A stretch of 64,000 bases of DNA from Nitrospirota bacterium (GTDB taxonomy: Bacteria > Nitrospirota > UBA9217): NCBI GenBank assembly GCA_963754875.1, contig CAVWHO010000010.1:96001-160000 (forward strand), read 5' to 3'. The notes beneath the pieces were generated by a model. The model was not told the origin of the DNA, made no database searches, and was given only the letters and a program-made list of their open reading frames with translations. A program made the position numbers and the translations under genes. Positions 7,970 to 19,890 of this stretch are shown piece after piece (positions within the stretch are counted from its first letter, which is position 1; each line of letters starts with the position of its first letter).

Positions 7970-9998
7970 ATGGAAAAAGTTCCCTACAAAATAAAAAAAG
8001 AAATCGAAAAGCTCGTCAGGGAAATCAACGAGCATAATTACCGCTACCACGTCCTTGACGCTCCTGTCATCTCTGACGAGGAATATGACCGTCTTTTCCG
8101 ACGGTTGAAGGAGCTTGAGGAGCAGTATAACCACGTCCTTCCCGATTCTCCCACGAAACGCGTGGGGGCGCCGCCGCTCGAAAAATTCCAAAAAGTACGG
8201 CATACCGAACCCATGTTGTCGCTCGACAACGCTTTCTCCCATGATGAGGTGCGTGAGTTCGACGAGCGGGTAAAACGGTTCCTGAAATCCGACCAGGACG
8301 TTCGAGTATACCGTTGAACCAAAATATGACGGCCTTGCCATGGAACTCTCGTACAAACAGGGATTGCTCGACAAGGCCTCGACTCGCGGCGACGGGTACG
8401 AAGGCGAGGACGTAACCACGAATGTCAAAACGATTAAAGCGATACCGCTCAAGATCGACGGCGTGCGCATGCCTGAGGAGATCGATATCCGCGGCGAAGT
8501 GTACATGGATATCCAAGAGTTAGAGAATCTGAACAAAGAGCGCGAAAAAAACGACGAGCCGGCCTTTGCCAATCCCCGGAATGCCGCGGCAGGCGCCGTG
8601 CGTCAGCTCGATTCCTCTATCACGGAAAAAAGAAAGCTCCATATGGCGTGCTACGGCTTGGGCGCTGCACAAGGGATTGAATTCAAGAGCCAGGAAGATT
8701 TTGTCAATTGGCTTAAGGCAGCCCGCTTCCCGGTGCCGCTGGTTTTCGATGTCGTGACCGGCATCGACGGCGTCATCAATTCCATTAAAAAGATCGAAGA
8801 GCGAAGACCGGCGTTTCCCTTTGAGACGGACGGTGCGGTCATCAAGGTGAATGACTTCGGACTCCAGAAAGAACTGGGGTTCAAGACCCGGGAGCCGCGC
8901 TGGGCGATTGCCTACAAGTTTCCCGCGCACCAGGGGACCACGGTCGTCGTGGACATCAAAGCGAACGTCGGAAGAACGGGCGCGATCACGCCGGTGGCGA
9001 TGCTCACACCTGTCCGGATCGGCGGGGTCACCGTTTCGAGGTCCACGCTCCATAACTGGGACGAGATCGAGCGTAAGGACATCCGCATTGGCGATACGGT
9101 CGTGGTCGAACGGGCAGGTGACGTGATCCCGCACGTGGTGACGGTCATAAAGGAAAAGCGTACCGGCAACGAGCGCAAGTTCTTGCCGCCGGAACAGTGC
9201 CCGGTCTGCGGCTCCACCGTCGTCCGCGAGGAAGGCGAAGTCGCGTACCGGTGCATCGGGCTGAACTGCGAAGCCCAGGTGCTGGAAAAAATCTATCATT
9301 ACGCGTCGCGCGGGGCAATGGACATCGAACATCTCGGCGGGAAAAACATCGAGCTGCTTTACAGCCAGGGGCTCATTAAACATTTCGTCGATCTCTATAA
9401 GCTCAAAAAGGAACAGCTCCTGGCTCTTCCGCGGTTCGCGGAAAAATCGGCGCAGAACCTGATCGACGCCATCGAGAAGAGCAAGAAAACCACCCTTGCG
9501 CGGTTTCTTTACGCACTCGGCATCCTGCACGTGGGGGAATATGCCGCAAGGCAGCTTGCCAGGCACTTTAAAACGATTGACGAGTTGTACGGGATAAAAC
9601 CGGAGCAAATCGTCGGTATCAAACAAATGGGCGAAAAACTTGCCGAGTCGATTTCCGATTTTTTCAGCGAGAAAGAGAACTTGCGTACGCTGGACTCTCT
9701 CAAAAAGCTTGGCGTAACTATTTCGAATCCTGACTACGAGGCCGGAGCAAGGAAAGAAAAAGGACCGCTCGACGGGGTAACGATTGTCGTTACCGGCACG
9801 CTCTCTCAGCCGAGGAACGAAATTGAGGAACTGATAGAGAGCCTGGGGGGCCATGCTGCCGGGTCCGTGTCCAAAAAGACCAGCTATGTGCTGGCTGGTG
9901 AAGAAGCGGGAAGCAAGCTTGAGAAAGCGAAAAAGCTTGGTGTGAAGGTCATCAATGAAGAAGAATTCAGTAAACTGATTGAAAAAAGCGAGCGCTAG
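7970..9998 (+). CDS. ligA: NAD-dependent DNA ligase (one probable sequencing frameshift ~8301)
   Basis: MLSLDN; EPKYDG restored by removing one T; NPRNAAAG, PRWAIAYKF, Zn finger, HhH, BRCT. Confidence 0.97.
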
Positions 9999-10061
9999 TG
10001 CAGTCATTCGTGACCAATGAAGAGTGACGGTTTCGAAAAAAAATGAGAACACCGAAAGACT

Positions 10062-10137
10062 GTCATTCCGGCTTGTCCGGAATCCTTTCTTCACAATATG
10101 ATATATGGTAACATGATTCCCGACGAGCGGGAATGAC
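10062..10137. repeat. Bipartite palindromic element (GTCATTCC...GGAATGAC)
   Basis: Hairpins attccgg-cttgt-ccggaat and attcccg-acgag-cgggaat with terminal inverted repeat. Confidence 0.7.
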
Positions 10138-10155
10138 GACTTTTACTGGTGTGCC

Positions 10156-11013
10156 ATGAGTGATTCTATGCGATTAGGCTTCCACGTCTCCATCTCCGGC
10201 GGTTTTTCCCTTTCCGTGCAGCGAGCTTTCGAACTCGGTTGCACGTGTATGCAGATCTTCTGCAGAAACCCCCGCGGCTGGACAGTAAAGCCTCTTGACA
10301 AGAAAGACATCGCTGAATTCAAAAAGCTGCGCGAGCAATGGGACATCGCTCCGGTGTTCGTCCATACGAACTATCTGATCAACCTTGCCTCCTCCCGCCC
10401 CGACCTTTACGAAAAATCGATCGAACAATTCGTCATTGACCTTGAACGCACCGAGTCCCTGGGCGCAGAATATCTGGTCACCCACCTGGGTTCGGCAAGC
10501 GGTCAGGAACCGCACTGGATGATCGAACGCGTATCATCGGCCCTAAACATGGCCATGAGGCTCCACCCGCCAAAGGCGACAATCCTTCTGGAAAATACAG
10601 CAGGCGAAAAAGGCGATATCGGCTATGAACTGGAACAGGTGAATGAGGTTATTTTGCGTTTGCAGGACCCTTCCCGTATCGGCATCTGCTACGACACCTG
10701 CCACGGTTTTGCCGCGGGGTATGATATCCGCACGAAAAAAAATGTCGATGTTCTCAAAAAAAAGATCGAAGCAACTGTGGGGCTGAAGCGGCTGAAGGGC
10801 ATGCATCTCAATGATTGTCTTCGCGACTTCGGGTCCCATGTGGACCGGCACTGGCATATCGGCGAAGGGAAAATCGGGCTTGATGGATTTAAGGTATTGC
10901 TCAACCATCCTGCGTTTAAGAACGTTCCGAAGATCATGGAAACTCCGAAAGAGACAGAAGAGGACGATCCCAGGAATATGAAGACGGTGAAGTCGCTCAT
11001 CATTAAGAGGTAG
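10156..11013 (+). CDS. nfo: Endonuclease IV
   Basis: LGFHVSISGG, HTNYLINLAS, LENTAG, DTCH, HLND, DRHWHIG, METP. Confidence 0.95.
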   Translation: MSDSMRLGFHVSISGGFSLSVQRAFELGCTCMQIFCRNPRGWTVKPLDKKDIAEFKKLREQWDIAPVFVHTNYLINLASSRPDLYEKSIEQFVIDLERTESLGAEYLVTHLGSASGQEPHWMIERVSSALNMAMRLHPPKATILLENTAGEKGDIGYELEQVNEVILRLQDPSRIGICYDTCHGFAAGYDIRTKKNVDVLKKKIEATVGLKRLKGMHLNDCLRDFGSHVDRHWHIGEGKIGLDGFKVLLNHPAFKNVPKIMETPKETEEDDPRNMKTVKSLIIKR

Positions 11014-11103
11014 AGGGCTGCAGGCCATAGATTTTATGAAAAGAGGGGAAAAACAAATTTGTCTCTTTGTAAAAGAATTATCACGCTATCATAGGGGGAT
11101 CCA

Positions 11104-11559
11104 ATGAAGGACGTCATCAGCTCTTTTTTCCTGATCATGCTATTGGCCGCGATGCCCGCCTTTGCCGCAAGCGGCGACGATATCCTCGGTGTTTGGAATA
11201 ACGGGGAGAAAGACGCAAAAATCGAGATATTCAAGTGTGCAGAAAAATACTGCGGCAAGATCGTATGGCTCAAAGTCCCCAATTATCCGGAAGATTCAAA
11301 GGACGGAGTTCCCGGGACTCCGAAGCTTGATCATAATAATCCCGGTCTCTCGCTCAGGACAAAGCCGATTCTCGGCCTGGAAATCGTACGCGATTTTATT
11401 TATAAGGGCGATAATAAGTGGGTGGACGGAAAAGTTTATGACCCGAAGAACGGCAAGACTTACAGTGGTAAAATGACCCTCGTCTCGCCGAATCAACTGG
11501 ACTTGCGGGGTTTCATCGGCATCTCTCTGCTCGGCCGGACAACAACGTGGACGAGATAG
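11104..11559 (+). CDS. DUF2147 exported protein
   Basis: Signal peptide; CGKIVW, GKVYDPKNGKTY, LRGFIG...GRTTTWTR. Confidence 0.9.
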   Translation: MKDVISSFFLIMLLAAMPAFAASGDDILGVWNNGEKDAKIEIFKCAEKYCGKIVWLKVPNYPEDSKDGVPGTPKLDHNNPGLSLRTKPILGLEIVRDFIYKGDNKWVDGKVYDPKNGKTYSGKMTLVSPNQLDLRGFIGISLLGRTTTWTR

Positions 11560-11590
11560 ATAAGGTACAGAGTACAGAGGAGTACTGCTT

Positions 11591-11992
11591 ATGGATGAAG
11601 TGCAACAGGGACTGGTGAACGACAGACTGAAACAGGCCAGGGAATCTCTGGAAGAGGCAAAAACGCTCCTGGTCCAGGATGCGGAGGTCAACTTCGTGAT
11701 GAACAGCCTGTACTACGCTTTTTTATATCCCGTCCTCGGGCTGCTTCAGGCAAGAGGGATAGCAGCGCCCATGCAGAGCACGGCAATAGCTCTCTTTGAG
11801 CGCGAATTCTCGGGGAAAGGGGATATCGAGGACAGGTTCATTAGTGCGCTCCGCAAGGCGTATGAACTTCGACCTGCGTGCGCCTGTGAAGGGCAAAAGA
11901 AAGCGACTCCGGAGGACGTAGAACAGCTGTTGCCGCTAGCGGAAGGATTTTTAGAAGGAGTAGAGCGGCTGGTTTCCTCCAAGACGCAGTGA
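11591..11992 (+). CDS. HEPN-domain protein (UPF0332-like), orphan
   Basis: LKQARESLEEAK...NSLYYAF... pattern. Confidence 0.75.
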   Translation: MDEVQQGLVNDRLKQARESLEEAKTLLVQDAEVNFVMNSLYYAFLYPVLGLLQARGIAAPMQSTAIALFEREFSGKGDIEDRFISALRKAYELRPACACEGQKKATPEDVEQLLPLAEGFLEGVERLVSSKTQ

Positions 11993-12160
11993 ATGCCGGC
12001 AAACAGTAGCGCGTGGAGGTAAACCGTTGGAACCTACCCAGGTCGTGGTCCCGATCCGTTAGAAACGTAATTCCTGTCTGGATTTTTTCCCCTGCCTCTG
12101 GTATAGTACCAGAACTTTTCCGTTTCATGCATTTACTGCAATCCGGACGCATACTATAGG

Positions 12161-13199
12161 ATGAAAGTAGCAGAATTTACCCATAAAAAAATGTCAACCC
12201 GGCGCTACAACGCCTTCGGTCAGTATATGAAGGACCTGTATCACGCGCCTGTCTATAAGGTGAACGTGGACGCGGGGTTCACGTGCCCGAACCGCGACGG
12301 CACGGTGGCCACAGGCGGTTGCATTTACTGCAATAACGACAGTTTCCGGCCCACGGCATGTACGAGTACCGTTTCGCTGCGTGAACAGATAAAAAAGGGG
12401 ATTCCCTATCTCCGCTCGCGTTATGGTGCGGAGAAATTCATCGTCTACTTCCAGCCGTACACGAACACCTATGCTCCCGTTGAGGTTCTTGAACGGCTCT
12501 ACCGGGAAGCGCTCGATAATCCCGGTGTTGTCGGCCTCGCCATCGGCACACGGCCCGACTGCATTGATGAAGGAAAAGATCGGGCTCCTGGAAACTCTTG
12601 CGCGCGATCAGTTTGTTCTGGTTGAGTACGGCCTCCAGTCGATCTACGACAAAACCCTGAAATTTATCAACCGCGGCCATGATTACTCGTGTTTTAAAAA
12701 CGCAGTGTCGCTGACCGTCGGAAGAGGCATCAAGGTCGGGGCCCATATCATCCTCGGATTGCCTACGGAGACACGCGAGGAAATGCTCGGTATGGCCGAT
12801 GAACTTTCGCGCCTGCCGATCGAGTTTCTCAAGGTCCACCAGCTGCAAGTCGTCAGCGAAACTGCTCTGGCCGACTTGTATGCTGCAAAACCGTTTCCGA
12901 CGTTTAGATATCAAGAGTATCTCGCCATGCTGGCAGATTTTCTTGAACGGCTCGCTCCGGGCATCATTCTGCAGCGCCTCTTCGCTGCGGCGCCGGAGGA
13001 GATCCTGATCGCGCCAATCTGGAACAAGACCCGAAGTGAATTTTTGAACGACTTTGATGCATATCTTGAAAAACGGACAGCTTTCAGGGAAAACTACGCG
13101 CTCTGCGCGGAGTGTAATGTGAAGATCGGAAATAGCGAAAAATTTATCATTCCGATAGATTCTTTCCCAATTTTCAATGAATCGAAGGTGAACCAATGA
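12161..13199 (+). CDS. Radical SAM protein, TIGR01212/YhcC family (frameshift ~12571; true end may be ~13117)
   Basis: GFTCPNRDG...GGCIYC, YFQPYTNTY, IGTRPDC, EYGLQS, INRGH. Confidence 0.92.
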
Positions 13200-13858
13200 T
13201 TGATCTCCATACCCATTCTCTGTTCAGCGACGGCGTGCTCGTCCCCTCGGAACTGGTTCGGCGGGCAGTGATGAAAGGCTACGAAATAATCGCCATCACC
13301 GACCATGCCGACGCATCGAACCTTGACTTCACGATTCCGCGCGTAGCTGCCGCATGCAAGGAATTAAATCGCCGATGGAAGATCACGGCGCTGCCGGGAA
13401 TCGAACTGACTCATATACCGCCGGAGACCTTTATGGAGCTTACACAGCGCGCCCGTTCACTCGGGGCGGCTATCATCGTGGCCCACGGAGAGACGCTTGT
13501 CGAGCCGGTCCATCCTGGTACGAACCGGGCCGCAATCGAGGCGAAGGTGGACATCCTCGCACATCCCGGACTTATCACCAAAGAGGAAGCATCTCTTGCT
13601 GCGCAGAATGGCGTATGCTTGGAGATCACGACCCGCAAGGGGCACAGCTTGTCGAACGGACATGTTGCCAAGATGGCGCTGGAAACCGGCGCTCATTTAG
13701 TGATTGACACGGACACGCACGAGCCCGGAGACCTTGTCGAAGATGAACATGCCAGAAATATTTTGCTCGGTGCCGGCCTGAGCACGGACCAGGTCGAAGC
13801 GGTGTTCCGTAATTCCCGGGAACTTGCTACCAAGGCAGCGGCTGCGTTTAGAAAATAA
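13196..13858 (+). CDS. PHP-domain protein (histidinol-phosphatase-like)
   Basis: DLHTHS, ITDH, AHGET, LAHPG, DTDTH. Confidence 0.9.
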   Translation: MIDLHTHSLFSDGVLVPSELVRRAVMKGYEIIAITDHADASNLDFTIPRVAAACKELNRRWKITALPGIELTHIPPETFMELTQRARSLGAAIIVAHGETLVEPVHPGTNRAAIEAKVDILAHPGLITKEEASLAAQNGVCLEITTRKGHSLSNGHVAKMALETGAHLVIDTDTHEPGDLVEDEHARNILLGAGLSTDQVEAVFRNSRELATKAAAAFRK

Positions 13859-13928
13859 CAAGAAGTAGACTTTTATCCGATTTGGATAATTTTTGTAAGA
13901 TAAAACAATCATCAGGAGGTTGTGGCAG

Positions 13929-14642
13929 ATGCCGACGATAAAAAAAAGAGGTGGAGCCGTGAAGATTCATCAGGAGCAGGAGATCGTGACGCTGGCGCAT
14001 AAAGTCCAGCACTTCATGGCGGGATACAGGAAACAGTTTCAGATCGCGGCTATTTCCCTTGTGGTCGTGATCGTGTTGTTCGCAGGGTTTTCGATCCTGC
14101 GTTCAGTCCAGGAAAAGCATGCGGCTCCGCTGGTTGCCGCTGCCTATGAATTGTACAGCTCTTCTACAGGTACGGACGTAACGTATGGAAAGGCTCTCGA
14201 TCTGTTTCGTGATGCACAGAAAAAATATCCCGACACGGTGAGCGGGGCAATCGCCCAGTACTATGTCGGTAATTGTCTTGTCAACCTCGGCCGGACTGAT
14301 GAAGCGCTCAAAGAGTACCAGGTCTTCGTCGGTAAATATTCCCGTGATAAATTCCTTCTGGGACTCGTGTATCAACGCATTGGTTATGCCTCTCTCGCCC
14401 TGGGAAAGCAGGACGATGCCCGGAAAGCATTCGAGCAGGCGGAATCGTTCACCGGGCCGGGCGTAGCGACGGTTGAGCTTGCCAAGTTATACGAGGCAGC
14501 GGGAAACATGCCCGAAGCTGAACAAAAGTACAAAGTGGTGATGGAAAAGATGAGTGGGACATCTTGGGCAATGGATGCGATGGGCAAGGTCCAGAAGATT
14601 TCCCCTCTCCCACAGTCTCGAGAAACCAAGACAGCGAAATAG
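13929..14642 (+). CDS. Membrane-anchored TPR protein (YfgM-like)
   Basis: RBS aggagg, single TM, TPR-like helices. Confidence 0.8.
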   Translation: MPTIKKRGGAVKIHQEQEIVTLAHKVQHFMAGYRKQFQIAAISLVVVIVLFAGFSILRSVQEKHAAPLVAAAYELYSSSTGTDVTYGKALDLFRDAQKKYPDTVSGAIAQYYVGNCLVNLGRTDEALKEYQVFVGKYSRDKFLLGLVYQRIGYASLALGKQDDARKAFEQAESFTGPGVATVELAKLYEAAGNMPEAEQKYKVVMEKMSGTSWAMDAMGKVQKISPLPQSRETKTAK

Positions 14643-14741
14643 CGGATTGAGGCCTCACCTGAACGCTCCAATTGTCCTATCCCATTATTTTGAAGCAATT
14701 GGACCGTTCCGGCGACCATTGCAAAGCGCTCGCGCTTTCCT

Positions 14742-17340
14742 ATGAAGATAAAAAGCGACTACAAGATCGTCGTCCTTGCTATTGCAGGCTCTTTCCTTCT
14801 CTGGGTAATCGATGCCTGTGTTGATACCTTTGTATTTCATGAAGCGTTCATTCACCCAATCCCTTTTAGATTTTTCCCCGCATGAACTGTACTTCCGTTT
14901 TTTTGTGACCCTTAGCCTGCTCATCTTCAGTCTGGCGATCAACCAAATCAGAAAAAAAAATAGGCAGATAGGAAACGCTACAAGAATCTCGTCGAGCTGG
15001 CGACCGATATTATTTACGTTTTGGACAAAGACGGCAACCAGGTATTCATGAACGACGCGGCGTACCAAATGCTGGAGTATTCTCCGAAAGAGGTCATCGG
15101 CAAACCATGGCTGCAGCTCATCCACCCCGAGGACCCGGAAACGACGATGGAAAAAAGCAGGGAGATGGTCAGGCAGGGGACAGATGTATTCAATTTTGAA
15201 AATCGCTATATTACCAAAAGCGGTAAGACCATCTCCGTAATACACAGTATGCGTCTTACCAGGGATGAAAAAGGAGCTTATGCCGGCGCACAGGGGATCG
15301 CCCGGGACATCACCAAGCGGAAAGAGGCGGAGGACGAACTTAAAAAAGCCTTGGTGAAAATAGAAGACGAGAAAGTCCGGTCCGAATCGATCGTTTCCGC
15401 CATCGGCGACGGCATCAGCATTTTAAACAAGGACTTCAGGGTGCTGTACCAGAACCCCGCTCAAAAAATGATGAACGGAGGCGACCGGACGGGCGAAATT
15501 TGCTACCTGGCCTATGCGCAGGGCGGTCATGTCTGTCCGGGCTGCCCTGTTGCGGAGACTTTTCTCGACGGTCGGATCCACACCATGGAGAAAACGACAG
15601 TCCTGAATGATGATGTCCGGACGTTGGAAATCAAGGCTTCGCCTCTGCGGGACTCCGCAGGCCGGATTGTTGCGGGAATAGAAGCTGTCAGAGACATCAC
15701 CGAGCGCAGGAGGGCTGAAGAACAACTAAAGCTCTTCTCCGAAGTGATTGAGGAAGCCATGGACGGCATCCAGATCGTCGATCTCCAGGGGAGAGTTGTC
15801 TATTCCAATAAAGCAGTTGAAGAGATTTACGGTTTTTCTCCAAGGAACTCGCGGGCAGGAATGTCGATGACATGAATGCGGACAGGGAGTTCGCCGATAA
15901 GGTCATCATCCCGCAGCTGAAAATGTCCGGGCGATGGAACGGTGAAGTTCTCGTGGTCCACAAGGACGGGAGAGTATTTCCCGTATGGATATCAGCATCG
16001 ATGGTCAAGAACGAACAAGGAAAACCCATCGCTATGGTCGGGATCATCCGCGATATCACCGAGCGGAAAGAGGCTGAAGGGGTCCTGAAGCGGCACCATG
16101 AAGAGTTGATGAAGCTTGTCGAAGAGCGTACGCGGGAGCTGACCCAGGCAAATGAGAAACTGCGCAAGGAGATCGAAGACCGGGAACGGATGGAAGAGGA
16201 ACTGGTAAAGGCCCAAAAACTGGAATCACTGGGGGTCCTCGCCGGCGGTATCGCCCACGACTTTAATAACCTCCTCGCGTCCATCCTGGGCAATATATCT
16301 CTGACCATGCTCGATCTCAAGCCCTCGGACGGCCCCTATCGACAGCTGGAAGCAGCTGAACGGGCGTCCCTCAGGGCACAAGACCTTACGCAACAGCTCC
16401 TGACCTTTTCGAAAGGAGGGGCGCCTGTTAAAAGAACAACGGTGATTACCGATGTGATCAAAGAAGCTGCTGGGTTTGCCCTGCGCGGATCGCGCGTGCG
16501 ACACGATTTTTTCTTTGCCGACGAGCTTTGGCTGCTCGATATCGATGAGGGCCAGATCAGCCAGGTCATCCACAATCTGGTCATTAACGCCGACCATGCA
16601 ATGCCCGAAGGCGGGACTATAACGATTCGCTGTGAGAACTGTGTTATCGGTGACTCGATTGGTCTTCCTCTCCGGCCGGGCGATTACGTGAAAGTCAGTG
16701 TACAAGACCACGGCGTCGGGATCGTCCGGGAACACCTGTCGAAGATTTTTGATCCTTACTTTACCACCAAGCAAAAGGGAAGCGGACTGGGGCTCGCGAC
16801 CTCCTATTCAATCATCAAAAAACACGGAGGTCATATCATCGCCGAATCGGAATTGGGAGTCGGCACAATCTTTACCTTCTATCTTCCCGCGTCGAGGTCC
16901 GGAAAGGTTGCCAAACAAGCCGATGAAACGAAGCTTTTCACGGGGACCGGCAAAATACTTCTCATGGACGATGAGGAGGACGTCAGGCAGACGACGGGAG
17001 ATGTATTGAAGCGGCTTGGCTACCGGGTCCGTTTGCCGAAGACGGCGCGGGGGCGATAGAATTGTATCAACAAGCAAGAGCATCGGGCCAGCCATTTGAT
17101 GCGGTTATCATGGACCTGACGGTCCCCGGAGGTATGGGGGGAAGGGATGCATTGATCAAACTCTTTGCAATCGACCCGAAGGTAAAGGCAATCGTTTCAA
17201 GCGGCTATTCCAACGACCCGATCATGGCGGACTACCAGAAGTACGGTTTCCGCGGAGTTGTGACCAAGCCCTACCGAATAAAAGATCTGGGAGAGACGTT
17301 GCACAATGTATTGTTGAACGGAGAGCAACAAACCGCCTGA
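14742..17340 (+). CDS. Multi-PAS hybrid histidine kinase with receiver (several probable sequencing frameshifts)
   Basis: N-terminal TMs, three PAS/PAC units, AHDFNN, FTTK/GSGLGL, receiver MDLTVPG; split over 4-5 ORFs. Confidence 0.88.
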
Positions 17341-17471
17341 TGCCGACAAGGAAAGGCCGGGATCTTAGGCCGTTCGGCTCAGCGGATGATCTCGTTGTAG
17401 TTAAAACAATTTCATGTCTCTTGTGCAGAGTATTCAGGACTGCTCAGTCAATGAGCAGTCGTTTCTTGAAC

Positions 17472-17503
17472 AAAAAAAGGCCGGGAATTATTCCCAGCCT
17501 TTT
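17472..17503 (-). terminator. Intrinsic terminator, possibly bidirectional
   Basis: aaaaaaaggccgggaat-t-attcccagcctttt between convergent genes. Confidence 0.7.
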
Positions 17504-17528
17504 GCTGCATAGCATCAATCCGTCACGC

Positions 17529-18875
17529 CTAAATCTGATCGACATCCACGACGAGTTTTATTTTCTGTCCGGCGCGTACGGATGCGCCTAATCCCTTGTT
17601 CCATTCCTTGATGTCGGCAACGGTCACGTTGTGCCTTTTGGCGATTCTTGCAAGTGTCTCTCCGCGCCTTACCCGGTACAGTATCTCCTGCTGTTTGCCG
17701 CCCTCTCCGGGCGTGAGATAACCTACGTCCTGGGCCTTCGCATTGATGTCCATCGGAATAAGAAGATGCTTGCCCGGCGTTATACGGGTTTTCTTCAAGT
17801 CCGTTGATGTCGCGGATCGCTTCGGACGACGTGTTATACTGTTTTGCGAGGCTTGCCAGGGTCTCGCCCCTTCTCACCTCGTGGCGTTCCCATTTGATCT
17901 TCTGTTCGGGAGGAATTGCGGCGAAATTTGCAAGAAAAGTTTCTTTCGTCCCGGCGGGAATCCTGAGAGCGTACTTGTCGAAGTCAGGAGGAGTGACCCA
18001 TCGTCTGAGTTCCGGGTTCAACTCTTTGATCTCTTCGTAGGTACATCCTGCGCAGCGGGCGAGAAGACGAAGGTCCGTGCTTTCTTCAATCACGACCGTA
18101 TCGATATTTGAAGGGGTCATAGTTTGCAATAGAGAAACCGTAGGATTCAGGATTTTTTGCGATAATGGTCGCGGCCATGAATTTGGGCACATAATTCTTG
18201 GTCTCTTTGCGGATGTATCGCGAGGCCTTCAGGTCCCAGAAATCATCAGAACGAGTCCTGAGCACGGCGCGCTGGACCTTGCCGGCGCCCGCGTTATACG
18301 AGGCGAGGGCCAGGGGCCAGGAACCGAAAAGGTTGTGCAGGTCCTTAAGATGCTCAGCAGCCGCATAGGTAGATTTCACCGGGTCCTTGCGCTCGTCGAT
18401 CCACCAGTCGATCTTGAGGCCGTAGAGTTTTCCCGTAGCCGGCATGAACTGCCAGGGGCCGACGGCTTTTGCCCAGGACACGGCATAGGGATTGAAACCG
18501 CTTTCGATCATGGCAACATATACCAGGTCTTCGGGCAGGTTTTTCTCGCGAAAGATGTCTTTCATCACGGGAATGTACCTGGCAGACCTGTCGAGCCATC
18601 TCTGAAATACGTCCCTCCCGCGCGTCTTGAAGTACTCGAGATGGTTTTCGACGCTGTCATTCAGGATCATGGGAAAGTTAAAGGGCTTTTCTTCGGCACA
18701 GTCATCGATGTTTTCATCGAGCTGAGCAACATCTTCTGTCGGGGGTTTTAACTGAGAGGGAATACCCGTGGTCTGTTTTTGTGGAGCCGACGTGTCCTCC
18801 GCAAAAACAGGCTGAAAGGTAAATAATAATGCAGCACTAACTGCCGGTAAAATAAGGGTGAATTCTGCGACTCAT
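17529..18875 (-). CDS. mltD: MltD-like lytic transglycosylase with LysM domains (frameshifted)
   Basis: MIESGF, AVGPWQFM, ASYNAG, ETKNYVPK, LNPEL, two LysM; RBS aggagg before ATG at 18875. Confidence 0.88.
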
Positions 18876-19069
18876 CTTTCCTCCTACTTAATTATTAAAC
18901 TACCCCTTTCGACCGATTTTGTCAAGTCAAGAACGGCTGCTGATTTGTTGTATATATATACTACTATCGGCATTTTCTAAAAAAACATTTAGCCGGTACT
19001 ATTGCTTCTGGACCGGATAATTTTTTTGGGTCGCTTGTATTTCATGGTATTGTTCTGTATTATAACCGG

Positions 19070-19828
19070 ATGAAAGATGCCTGCCTTTACGAAATCTTTG
19101 CGTCAATTCAAGGAGAGGGGCTGTGGATAGGGCAGCGTCATATCTTTGTCCGGTTTCAGGGCTGCGACATCAATTGCTGTTATTGCGACACGCCTGCTGC
19201 TCGTTCGCGCGAAATGGGCGATGCTGACGAGCAGTTCTGTACCGTTCAGGTGAGACCGGGAGCGGGTGCTGAAAAGCAACGGGTGCGTAATCCCGTTTCT
19301 GCGGCCAATCTGAGCGCACTCTGCGCTCGATTGGTCATTCCCGGTCCTTCACGTCCGGTGCTCAGCCTGACGGGGGGGGAGCCTTTGCTGCAGTCCGATT
19401 TTCTGGTCCAATGGCTCCCCCAGATGAAAAAAAACTATCTTATCTACCTTGAAACCAGCGGAATTCACGATCAATCCATGAAAGCCGTAGCCGACCTTGT
19501 AGACATCGTAAGCATGGACTTTAAGCTCCCTTCAGCTACGGGACTGCGTCCGTTCTGGAAAGAGCATGGAAGATTCCTGGCTGCATCTCTTGGCAAGGAA
19601 CTGTTCGTAAAGGCTGTTGTGACGAGGGATACGACGAAAGAAGACGTTCAGATGTCGGCGCGCATTATCGCGAGCGCTGGTTCCTCAATTCCTCTTGTTC
19701 TCCAACCTGCCGGCGGCGCCTTTGCCCCCTCGGCCGCCATGCTGGTAGATCTGCAGGACGAAGCGCTTCAGATCACCGCAGATGTTCGCGTGATCCCGCA
19801 GGCCCATAAAATATTGAATGTACCATAA
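19070..19828 (+). CDS. queE: 7-carboxy-7-deazaguanine synthase
   Basis: EIFASIQGEG, CxxxCxxCDT, TGGEP, IPQAHK. Confidence 0.9.
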   Translation: MKDACLYEIFASIQGEGLWIGQRHIFVRFQGCDINCCYCDTPAARSREMGDADEQFCTVQVRPGAGAEKQRVRNPVSAANLSALCARLVIPGPSRPVLSLTGGEPLLQSDFLVQWLPQMKKNYLIYLETSGIHDQSMKAVADLVDIVSMDFKLPSATGLRPFWKEHGRFLAASLGKELFVKAVVTRDTTKEDVQMSARIIASAGSSIPLVLQPAGGAFAPSAAMLVDLQDEALQITADVRVIPQAHKILNVP

Positions 19829-19890
19829 TACCTGAAGAACGTAAACTTGCGTTTTGAATAACTCCAATTTTCAAGTCCGCTGTCAAGAGC

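Noticed and set aside
7952..9998. Split ligA and other split genes as pseudogenes or programmed frameshifts
   Set aside because: Essential genes, single-base repairs and no consistent slippery sites; best explained by sequencing error
11993..12160. Possible ncRNA after the HEPN gene
   Set aside because: Only short weak stems and no recognisable family
19070..19828. queE as part of a 7-deazaguanine DNA-modification defence system
   Set aside because: No dpd, queC or queD neighbours; housekeeping context
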